Shown here: piece after piece, positions 9,377-18,236 of the stretch
Position numbering within the stretch: position 1 is the first letter of the stretch
How the letters are laid out: every line of letters begins with the position of its first letter
Sequence record: SRR33789315_30
DNA length: 64,000 bases
Direction: 5' to 3' (one strand)
The notes under the pieces: model-generated
The model's input: only the letters and a program-made list of their open reading frames with translations
Database searches by the model: none
What the model was told of the DNA's origin: nothing
Position numbers and translations under genes: made by a program

Positions 9377-11017
9377 TTAAATGGTTCTTCCTGTATTGAT
9401 GACATTTACCCCATTAAAACGCGAAGTAGAACAGCCGTGAGACACAGCACTTACCTGTGAAGGTTGCCCTTTACCATCGAAAAAGGAGCCAAACATGCGA
9501 TAATCGCTTTCGTCACAAATCTTGGCACACGAGTTCCAGAACTCCTGCGTATTAGATTGATAAGCCACATCATTTAGCATGCCTACGATTTCTCCATTTT
9601 TAATTTCATAAAATACGGTTCCGCCAAATTGAAAATTGTACCGCTGTTGATCGATAGAATAAGAACCTCTACCGGCTATATAAATCCCTTTCTCAACATC
9701 TTTAATCATGTCATGAATGTTGTATTTTTCTTTACCAGGTTCTAAGGAAACATTGGGCATACGTTGAAACTGGACATCGTTCCAGCTTTGTGCATAACAA
9801 CAGCCATTAGATTCGGTTTCGCCCAACATATGCACCTGATCCCGGATAGCTTCATAATTAACCAAGATTCCGTTACGGATGAGATCCCATTTTTTGGTCT
9901 TCACTCCTTCGTCATCATATCCTACCGCACCCAGCGATCCGGGTTGAGTTTTGTCTGCAACAATGTTTACGATATCACTACCATAGTTAAAGTTGCCCGA
10001 TTTCCATTTATCCAAAGTAGCAAAACTGGTTCCGGCATAATTGGCTTCATACCCAAGTACCCGATCTAATTCTAACGGATGGCCCACCGATTCGTGAATG
10101 GTTAGTCCCAAATGATTAGGTTCTAATACCATATCATATTTACCTGCTTCTACCGATTTTGCCGTCAACATTTCTTTAGCTTGTTTTGCAGCTAGGGTAG
10201 CATCTTCTACGATATCATAGCTGTTTCTGTACAAGTTGAGTCCTGCCGGACCTTCAATTTTTTCTGAAGCTAATCCATCCATATATTCATAGCCCATTCC
10301 CATGGGTGCGCTCAATGCCTGACGGGATTTGAACGTGTTTGTCGCACGGTCTATAGCCGTAACTCCAAAGGTGGGCCAGATACGATGGATATCCTGATCG
10401 ATATAAGAACCCTCTGTAGAAGCAAAATATTTTTGCTCGTTCACCATAAAAAGGGCAGAGTTTACAAAGTTGGCACCATTAGCCATAGCAGCCGCATTGG
10501 CACTCAACAATAACTCTACTTTTTCTGAAACGGGTACTTCTTTAAAATTCTTTTTAATAGGGGTTTTCCAAGAAACCTCACCATGAGATAAAACTGGAGC
10601 TAACTGTACCGGCTCCTTTTGAATCTTTGAGTTGGCTTTGGCTATGGCAACAGCCTGCGCAGTCGCTTTTTTGATTCCTTCATCAGAAACATTATTTGTT
10701 GAGGCAAATCCCCAAGTACCATTTGCAATCACGCGAATACCTATACCAAAAGATTCTGTATTGACTACATTCTGCACCTTGTCTTCTCTGGTAAAAAGAT
10801 ACTGGTTTAAATAGCGACCAATCCTGGCGTCTGCATAAGAGGCACCAAGTGATCTTGCTGTATTGAGCGCGACATCAGCCAACTGCTTTTTTAGGGCTAC
10901 ATCCATTCCCGGTTCCAGCAGTGCTTCTGCAGCGATATTGTTTCCCATCATATAGGAAGGCAACACCAAAGCACCCGCACCAAGACCCGTTAATTGAACA
11001 AAATTTCTTCTTTTCAT
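9377..11017 (-). CDS. tldD: TldD metalloprotease with twin-arginine signal-like N-terminus
   Basis: HESVGH (HExxxH) motif, YDDEGV, QRMPNVSL; N-terminus MKRRNFVQLTGLGAGAL. Confidence 0.92.
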   Translation of the reverse strand: MKRRNFVQLTGLGAGALVLPSYMMGNNIAAEALLEPGMDVALKKQLADVALNTARSLGASYADARIGRYLNQYLFTREDKVQNVVNTESFGIGIRVIANGTWGFASTNNVSDEGIKKATAQAVAIAKANSKIQKEPVQLAPVLSHGEVSWKTPIKKNFKEVPVSEKVELLLSANAAAMANGANFVNSALFMVNEQKYFASTEGSYIDQDIHRIWPTFGVTAIDRATNTFKSRQALSAPMGMGYEYMDGLASEKIEGPAGLNLYRNSYDIVEDATLAAKQAKEMLTAKSVEAGKYDMVLEPNHLGLTIHESVGHPLELDRVLGYEANYAGTSFATLDKWKSGNFNYGSDIVNIVADKTQPGSLGAVGYDDEGVKTKKWDLIRNGILVNYEAIRDQVHMLGETESNGCCYAQSWNDVQFQRMPNVSLEPGKEKYNIHDMIKDVEKGIYIAGRGSYSIDQQRYNFQFGGTVFYEIKNGEIVGMLNDVAYQSNTQEFWNSCAKICDESDYRMFGSFFDGKGQPSQVSAVSHGCSTSRFNGVNVINTGRTI

Positions 11018-11473
11018 GGAGTTCTTCGTTTATTGATTGAATTAGTAATTTATTATAAGGTTGAATCTAATTTTAGATTAGTCTGTAGAAAGGATAATTT
11101 ACGAAAATTATGAGTTAGACTTCAATAAGTGGATAAGGTTTAAAGAGATTTTTCAACCTTTTAACGAAAAATACACTGTCAAATTCACTAATGGTGAACC
11201 AAAATTAGAATACACTAATTATTGATAGATTTTTATATAAAATCCGCAATATCAACTTCGACAGAAGTATAATTTTTAGCATATAAAAAATCTTGTGTTT
11301 TATAAAAATATTAGGAATAGTGAACTAATTAATCTTTAGTATCTCTCCTTTGTTTAGAATTTTTCTACCTATAAAATTATAAAACTCTTTTCCCTCTAAA
11401 AAGGAAATTGAGAGGCATCATTATATAAAATTTTATCCTTTAGAGTGGTTGATGGGTCTATAAATGAGCAAAA

Positions 11474-11539
11474 TGCAACAAATCTTGTATTTATTGCTTC
11501 AAAAATAGTATAGAAATAATCCCACCAAAGATATATTTG
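11474..11539 (+). promoter_or_regulatory. Candidate activator-dependent promoter (21-bp-period direct repeat plus -7 element)
   Basis: TGCAACAAAT (11474) and TGCTTCAAAA (11495) start 21 bp apart, followed by TATATTTG (11532-11539) matching TAnnTTTG. Confidence 0.45.
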
Positions 11540-11681
11540 TGCTAGTGTTATTATTAATAATGATGCTGTTTTACAAGAACTAAATCGTTTGAGAAATAAA
11601 AGCTTTTAGTGAAGGGTAACATTTGAAAAATTGACTAAATAAGCTTAGATAATATAGAAAGTAGAATTGTTTGTTTGCTTG

Positions 11682-11723
11682 ATAACCCCTACCAAACTTG
11701 TTTTGGTGGGGTTATTTTTTTTT
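11682..11723 (+). terminator. Rho-independent terminator overlapping the HTCS stop codon; possibly bidirectional
   Basis: ATAACCCCTACCAAA-CTTGT-TTTGGTGGGGTTAT stem with one bulge, running into T9 on the + strand. Confidence 0.7.
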
Positions 11724-14700
11724 CTCATTATTCAACAACTCAGTTGGAAGCAAACCAAATTGTGTTTTAAAACATTTAGTAAAATAGGAAGGAGAAGAAA
11801 AGCCCACTTTATAACACACCTCATTAATGGGTTCGTTGTTATTTTCTATCATTTCTTTGGCAGTATCTAATCTAAATTTTCGGATGTATTCATTCGCAGT
11901 AATTCCTGTTAAGGCCTTTATCTTTCTATATAACTGACTACGACTCAAATTAAATTCAGCAGCAAGACTTTCTACGTTTAATTGTGATTCCCCAATATTA
12001 AGTTCTATATACTTACTAATGCTTACCATAAACTCCTTATCTAGCGAGGATGTATTATCTGGTAGTTGACTAGCATTGTGATTTGTGAAATATTTACTGA
12101 AAAGTAATTGTCTCGTGTGTATTAACTGTTTGATTTGGGCACGTACCACTTTCAATTCAAATGGTTTTTTTAAGTATACATCTGCCCCAGAATTAATTCC
12201 TTTAACCCAATCATCACTCATTGCTTTTGCTGTAAGCATCAGAATTGGGATATGACTTGTCTTTAAATCTTGCTTTATCAATTCACAGAATTTATATCCA
12301 TCCATTTCTGGCATAACCACATCTGTAATAATAGCATCTGGCATTAATTTAATCGCCAGTTGATAACCTTCTGAGCCATTGATAGCTTCAGAAATAATAT
12401 ATTGATCACTCAGTTCTTGCTTTAAATAACGTCTTAACTCCCAGTTATCTTCAACAATTAAAATTCGCTTTTTAACCAGATTAGATTCTACTGCAACGCC
12501 TTGAACCGGACTTACTGGCGGAAGTGGTTTTATTTTTTTTCTTTCTACAGTTTTAGGTTGAAGCGTCTTAATTTCGTCTGGATCTAAATGTTCATTACCT
12601 AACGGAAGAATAACTCTAAACTTAGAACCTAATCCTTCGGTACTTTCAACCTCAATTTTACCTTTATGTAATTCTATAAAGCTTCGCACCACCTCTAGCC
12701 CAATCCCAGTGCCACTATAATATTCACTATTGCGTTCTTTAACACGATAAAATCTATTAAAGATCTTTTTAATTTCTTCTGCCTTGATTCCAGAACCCGT
12801 ATCTTCAATACTAATTTCTATACTTGGCAGGTATTCTTGGTTATTTATTAAAGGAAATTGAACCGGACTATGACTATGTACAGCTAAAGTTATCACCCCA
12901 TTATCTGGAGTACTTTTAAAGGCATTAGAGAGTATATTAAAGAATACTTTTTCTAGCATAGATATATCTCCCCACACTACCGAATCTGCGACATCTCCTT
13001 CTGTGGTTAACATAATATTACGCTGTATTGCTTCTTCTTTAAAATAGCTAGCAACATCGCGCACCACTCGGGTAATATCTATTTCTTCGGCTTGTAAATC
13101 AATTTTATGTAACTCCAGTTTTCTAAAGTCCATAAGCTCATCTATAAGCCTTGTTAGACGCGAAGCATTCTTATAAATTGTCTTGTGTTTCTCTGCAATT
13201 TGAGGTGATAAGCTGTTTAATGAGCTAGACATTATTTCTTCTAGTGGGTTCAAAATTAGCGTAAGCGGCGTTCTAAACTCGTGCGAGATGTTGGTGAAAA
13301 ACTGAATCTTTTTATCATTTAAGGCTTCTTCTTGAACTCTTTTGGCTCTTTCTTGAATAATTAGCCTTTTTTGCTCGACTCTTTGTTTTACTGTAGTAAA
13401 TATTATATACGAGATTAATAGTGTACATAAAGCATAAAATGCTATTGCAATAGTAGTGAGCCACCAAGGTCGCAACACTTCTATTGCCAAACTTATAGGC
13501 TTATCACTCCAGACACCATCATTGTTTGTCGCTTTTACATAAAACGTATAATTACCAGCAGGCAGGTTTGTAAACGTTGCTCCTCTTGAATGCTTTATAT
13601 AATTCCAGTCTTCATCAAAACCATCTAAGAAATAAGCAAATTGTATTTTCTCTGGGTGTGTATAGTTTATAGCACTAAATTCTATTGTAAATACAGATTG
13701 ATCGTGAGAAAAAGAAACTTCCTTAGTTTTTGAAATTACATATTGCAATGGAGAATTTTGTGAATCTGGACTAACCGACTTATTAAAAAGCTTTAAGTCT
13801 GAAAAATATATATTTGGTTCTTGGTCGTTAACAACAAGTTGGTCTGGATTAAAATAATTTATCCCTTCGTAGGTACCAAAATATAGATTCCCTAAATTAT
13901 CCTTTAAAGTTGCGTTATTATTGAAATCATTAGAAATTAATCCGTCAGAAACTGTATAATTCTTGATTTGATCATTTGTCTTATCAATCTTACTCAGCCC
14001 ATTATTTCCTCCTACCCACATTATTCCATTATCATCTTCTATTATAGCGGAAACAATCTCTTTCTCAAATCTATTTTTTTGATTGAACCAATTGAAAGAA
14101 TCTGTTTTTCTATCATATTTACAAATACCAGCCCCATCTGTCCCTATCCATATATTATTATGTGAGTCTTCAAACATGCTAAGCACTAAACTCATTTGTG
14201 TTTTTTCTAGCTTAGCACCATAAAACTTATCGGTCAGGGAAATGAGCTTTAAATTATTTCCATTTCTTTCAATTTTATGCAAGCCCGCATTTCCACCTAA
14301 CCAAATCGCATTTTTGCTATCCACAAAAACCTTTCTTACATCACTATAGCATATCAATTCATTTAAAAATTCACCTTTATCATAGGTTTTGAATTTTTCT
14401 GTGCTATAATCAAATGTATTAAGTCCTTTTTGAAAAGTGCCAATCCATATTAAACCTTGCTCGTCTTCGTCAAAACTCAATACTTTGTTTGAAGCTAAAC
14501 CACTATTATTAACGGTGTAATTAACAAATTGACGGCTATTTTTCTGTAAAAAATAGATTCCCGAATCCCAGGTTCCCACCCAAATATTATCCTTACTATC
14601 GATAAAAAGGGTTTGTACATCTCGGGCGTCAAGACCTTTTGCAATTGTGTTTTGCTGATCTATTAAATGAATAAATTGTTTGGTGTCGGGATAAAAAACA

Positions 14701-15857
14701 TCTACTCCTCCACCATCCATACCTATCCATAATCTATTTTGATCATCTTTAACAATACCTGTAACAGAAGCAGATTGCAATGAATTAGGAAGAATGGGAA
14801 CCGACTCGATCTCCTCGAATTTGTCATTCAATTTATCATAAACTCCTACTCCATCATTATAATAGCCCAGCCAAATACGCTCCTGATTATCAAGAAATAA
14901 AGACCAAATAGAGTTAGATTTTATACTGTTTTTATCAAATTTATCGTATTGATAATGTTTAAGCACCTTTCCTTCTCTATTGATGTGAAATAGTCCATCA
15001 TTTTCTGTACCTACTAAAAGATCTCCCTCAGGTGTATTTAATAAGGCAAGTATTCTTTTTTTTGAAATGGGAACTGACTCTACTTCTAATAAATCATTTA
15101 CCCCTTTTTTAAGCTTAAAAAGCCCTTGAGAAATTGTACCAATCCACAACGAATTTTCGCAATCGGTCAGTAAGGTTTTGACAGGATCAGTTAATTGTGA
15201 CTTTCCTGATGAAGTGAAAAATGAAAAGTTTTGAAATCGATTGTTTTTGGAGTCATATTTTAACAAACCTGCGCTAGAGCCTATTAAAACCATTCCCTCA
15301 TAAACTGTTATTGAATTTATAAGTACGTGACTCATATTTTGTGAACCATACCACGATATGGGCTCTGCTTTCAAGCTATTTCTTGCAATTTTATATAATC
15401 CTTTTTGATGGGTTCCTATAAAAATATTTCCGTTATCATCTTCTGCAATAGCATGCACTGCAATGTTCTTTTCGTCCTTTATGCCTTTATTAAGCTGAAT
15501 AGAAACAAAATGCTCGAGTTGATTATCATAAAGATTAAGTCCTCCTTCTGTACCTACCCAGAGACGATTATGTCTATCAACATAAGAAATATGCACTAAA
15601 GAACTATTTATGCCATTGGGATTAGCATCTGTAGCTTTATATGATTTATAATGTGTCCCGCTAAATCTATTAATACCTAATCCTTGAGTAGCTATCCAAA
15701 TAAAACCTTCTCCATCCTGTGCTATATTAGATATAGCTCTGCTTGTAATATCACTAATATTGTTAAAACGATATTCTGGTATAACTTGAGCAGAAATAGT
15801 AAAGCTGATTAGGAATAACCAGAAACTAATGATATAAACTTTTTTAAAGATTTTCAT
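11712..15857 (-). CDS. Hybrid two-component system sensor kinase/response regulator (Reg_prop, Y_Y_Y, HisKA, HATPase, REC, AraC HTH)
   Basis: Signal peptide, repeated xWIGT propeller motifs, TM helix, H-box FFTNISHEFRTPL, GTGIGL, receiver ITDVVMPEMDG, AraC GFSSPSYFTKCFK. Confidence 0.96.
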   Translation of the reverse strand: MKIFKKVYIISFWLFLISFTISAQVIPEYRFNNISDITSRAISNIAQDGEGFIWIATQGLGINRFSGTHYKSYKATDANPNGINSSLVHISYVDRHNRLWVGTEGGLNLYDNQLEHFVSIQLNKGIKDEKNIAVHAIAEDDNGNIFIGTHQKGLYKIARNSLKAEPISWYGSQNMSHVLINSITVYEGMVLIGSSAGLLKYDSKNNRFQNFSFFTSSGKSQLTDPVKTLLTDCENSLWIGTISQGLFKLKKGVNDLLEVESVPISKKRILALLNTPEGDLLVGTENDGLFHINREGKVLKHYQYDKFDKNSIKSNSIWSLFLDNQERIWLGYYNDGVGVYDKLNDKFEEIESVPILPNSLQSASVTGIVKDDQNRLWIGMDGGGVDVFYPDTKQFIHLIDQQNTIAKGLDARDVQTLFIDSKDNIWVGTWDSGIYFLQKNSRQFVNYTVNNSGLASNKVLSFDEDEQGLIWIGTFQKGLNTFDYSTEKFKTYDKGEFLNELICYSDVRKVFVDSKNAIWLGGNAGLHKIERNGNNLKLISLTDKFYGAKLEKTQMSLVLSMFEDSHNNIWIGTDGAGICKYDRKTDSFNWFNQKNRFEKEIVSAIIEDDNGIMWVGGNNGLSKIDKTNDQIKNYTVSDGLISNDFNNNATLKDNLGNLYFGTYEGINYFNPDQLVVNDQEPNIYFSDLKLFNKSVSPDSQNSPLQYVISKTKEVSFSHDQSVFTIEFSAINYTHPEKIQFAYFLDGFDEDWNYIKHSRGATFTNLPAGNYTFYVKATNNDGVWSDKPISLAIEVLRPWWLTTIAIAFYALCTLLISYIIFTTVKQRVEQKRLIIQERAKRVQEEALNDKKIQFFTNISHEFRTPLTLILNPLEEIMSSSLNSLSPQIAEKHKTIYKNASRLTRLIDELMDFRKLELHKIDLQAEEIDITRVVRDVASYFKEEAIQRNIMLTTEGDVADSVVWGDISMLEKVFFNILSNAFKSTPDNGVITLAVHSHSPVQFPLINNQEYLPSIEISIEDTGSGIKAEEIKKIFNRFYRVKERNSEYYSGTGIGLEVVRSFIELHKGKIEVESTEGLGSKFRVILPLGNEHLDPDEIKTLQPKTVERKKIKPLPPVSPVQGVAVESNLVKKRILIVEDNWELRRYLKQELSDQYIISEAINGSEGYQLAIKLMPDAIITDVVMPEMDGYKFCELIKQDLKTSHIPILMLTAKAMSDDWVKGINSGADVYLKKPFELKVVRAQIKQLIHTRQLLFSKYFTNHNASQLPDNTSSLDKEFMVSISKYIELNIGESQLNVESLAAEFNLSRSQLYRKIKALTGITANEYIRKFRLDTAKEMIENNNEPINEVCYKVGFSSPSYFTKCFKTQFGLLPTELLNNEKKK

Positions 15858-15963
15858 TAATACAGATTGCTGTGATATAGAACGAGAAGTTAATATTTAG
15901 AAAGAATAACTTAGGTTAAAAAGCATATTTATTATGCTCCCTATGTGATTTTCATTAAGCATA

Positions 15964-15971
15964 CAAATCTA
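15964..15971 (-). promoter_or_regulatory. Putative -7 promoter element for the HTCS gene
   Basis: TAGATTTG on the minus strand, about 107 bp upstream of the start; matches TAnnTTTG. Confidence 0.4.
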
Positions 15972-16073
15972 ATAAAGATAAGGAACTTTTTACGGAAAGA
16001 GCACACACGCTATTTAGCTATAATCATTTACTAATTTTGATTAAATAGATTATAGCAATTTAATCACTTTCTT

Positions 16074-17420
16074 TTAATGTAAAGGTATTGAGTATGAATA
16101 GCCAATACCCGCTGCAAATCTATTTGGAGAAATATTAGTAAAATCAGCTCCAAGAATTAATGAGAAATCACCATAATTTGAAGGATAATGCAAATCTGCA
16201 TACGTATAAACTGCTTTTTCTGAAGGATCTAAAGGTTTATAATAGGTGCCTAAATTCTTGACATAGCTATTTTTAAGTGTATAATCTATTTCTCCTAGTT
16301 TCCCTGAAATCCCGAAGTGATATACATAACTTCTACTATTTGTAAAGGGATTTTGGTCTTCTTTTTTAAAGATAAAGGGAAGCCCAATAATTCTATCTTT
16401 ATAGGTCCAACCCGATGCATAAAAGTTCCCTATGAAGTAATTATCTCCACCACTAAATGTGCCTCCATTATCTGCATTTCCATATCTTCCACCTTGAGAT
16501 ATAGTTTGTACATATTCAACAAGAAGACCATTTATCAAGCCCTCGTTTTTGAAATCAAAAAATGCTCCCCAAACTCCATCGGGAAAATTGCTTAATTCTC
16601 TTCCGGAACGATCTTCAAAAAGCGATTGAAAATAGAATTGCATTTCAATATCTTCTCTATCAATTTTATATTTAAGTTCGTATGAGCCTAAATGATTTCC
16701 TAAGGCATTTGCTTGATCAGAATCTGTTGCATTATCAGCACCGGCAGAACCAAAGAAAATCTTGATCAAGTCACTTAGACCGGTAGGTTGAGGTCCTTTT
16801 TCTTCTGAAACTCCACCCCATTGTACATAATGATAGAGTTTTCCGGAAAGGAAGTTATGTTCATCAAATTTAAGTTGAAGATTAAGGCTTTTATGGTGAA
16901 TTTTAGCACCATCAATAACACGCTCGTCATTTAATTCATAATGGGCTATATTGGCATCCACATAAAACCATTTAAACACCTTCAAGGGAGCTATCATTTT
17001 TAGCTCTATACCTGGAATAGCAGGAGCATTATTACTCCATAAAATATCACCTCCAACACTAGATAACCCCTTATATTTCTCTTGTTTATGCTTAATACCT
17101 AAAACAGCCTGGAATATAGAATAGGTATACTGCCCATATAACTCATCAACTGAGACCCCGTCCCATAGACCATCTTTCATCAACAACCCTCCTCCAAGTT
17201 CAAGATCATCTTTCTCTCCAAGCTCATTTTTGTAAATTATATTAGCCAGCCCCATATAATCTGTCATTTTATCTATTCTACCCTTTTGATTTGAATAGAT
17301 CCAAAAAGGATTATCATCTTCGCTTCCCACTATGCCTATTCCTTCAAGACTAAGGTTGAATTCTGATTGAGCGAAAAATAAAGCGGGCCAAAGAAAAATT
17401 AAAAAAAAGGAATGTTTCAT
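16074..17420 (-). CDS. wzi: Capsule assembly Wzi family outer-membrane protein
   Basis: PFWIYSNQKG, LSSVGGDILWSNNAPAIPG, HHKSL, ALGNHLGSY, FPDGVWG. Likely start is ATG 17420 (MKHSFFLIFLWPALFFAQ signal peptide). Confidence 0.85.
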   Translation of the reverse strand: MKHSFFLIFLWPALFFAQSEFNLSLEGIGIVGSEDDNPFWIYSNQKGRIDKMTDYMGLANIIYKNELGEKDDLELGGGLLMKDGLWDGVSVDELYGQYTYSIFQAVLGIKHKQEKYKGLSSVGGDILWSNNAPAIPGIELKMIAPLKVFKWFYVDANIAHYELNDERVIDGAKIHHKSLNLQLKFDEHNFLSGKLYHYVQWGGVSEEKGPQPTGLSDLIKIFFGSAGADNATDSDQANALGNHLGSYELKYKIDREDIEMQFYFQSLFEDRSGRELSNFPDGVWGAFFDFKNEGLINGLLVEYVQTISQGGRYGNADNGGTFSGGDNYFIGNFYASGWTYKDRIIGLPFIFKKEDQNPFTNSRSYVYHFGISGKLGEIDYTLKNSYVKNLGTYYKPLDPSEKAVYTYADLHYPSNYGDFSLILGADFTNISPNRFAAGIGYSYSIPLH

Positions 17421-17501
17421 TTTATATAAGGGAAAGAAAAAGATTAGATTTATAAATATAGAAAAATAGTTAGTTACAAATTTCATTTAAAAAAAATCTT
17501 A

Positions 17502-18236
17502 GTGCAATTCTTCTCTAAAAGTAAATATCTAGTTGATTTATTTGATAATTTCAAAGATATACATAATCATCTATTGCCTGGCATAGATGATGGTGCTCAA
17601 AATGTCGATGAATCTATTGATTTGATACTACAAATGAAAGAGTTGGGCATTACCTCTAGCATATGCACACCGCATACCATGAGTGATTTTCATCCCAACA
17701 CACCTTCTAGTATTCAAATAGCAGAAAATACTTTGAAGAAAGCGTTGTTAGAAAAAGACATACATTTCCCTATACACGGCTCTTCAGAATATATGTTGGA
17801 CACTAATTTTCTACACATAGCAGAAAAAAAAGAGATTTTACCTCTAAAAGAAGATTATATTCTTGTAGAAATGTCTTACCTACATCCTCCTATGAATCTC
17901 AATGAGATCATATACAAGACTTTTAATGCCGATTATCAGCCCATATTAGCACATCCAGAACGATATGCATATCTTCATACTAAATACAAAAAGTACCAAG
18001 ATTTAAAACATCGAGGATGCCTTTTTCAATTGAATATGTTAGCTCTTGGCAACTACTATGGCCCTCATATTAAGAAGATGGCTTATACATTACTCAGAAA
18101 AGACATATATGACTTTATAGGTAGTGATATACACCACATAAGACATATTGAAGCTCTTAAAGAGATTAAGTTAAAAGAAAAAGATTTTAATTTGGCGCAA
18201 GCCGTTATTTGGAAAACAACTCAGTTTTTTCTTTAA
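17502..18236 (+). CDS. CpsB/CapC-type PHP protein-tyrosine phosphatase
   Basis: DIHNHLLPGIDDGA, TPH, ILAHPERY, GSDIHH; convergent with wzc with a 4-nt overlap. Confidence 0.92.
   Translation: MQFFSKSKYLVDLFDNFKDIHNHLLPGIDDGAQNVDESIDLILQMKELGITSSICTPHTMSDFHPNTPSSIQIAENTLKKALLEKDIHFPIHGSSEYMLDTNFLHIAEKKEILPLKEDYILVEMSYLHPPMNLNEIIYKTFNADYQPILAHPERYAYLHTKYKKYQDLKHRGCLFQLNMLALGNYYGPHIKKMAYTLLRKDIYDFIGSDIHHIRHIEALKEIKLKEKDFNLAQAVIWKTTQFFL

Noticed and set aside
11200-11207. TAATTTTG on the minus strand as the tldD promoter
   Set aside because: It lies 183 bp from the start, has no -33 element and could easily occur by chance in this AT-rich gap.
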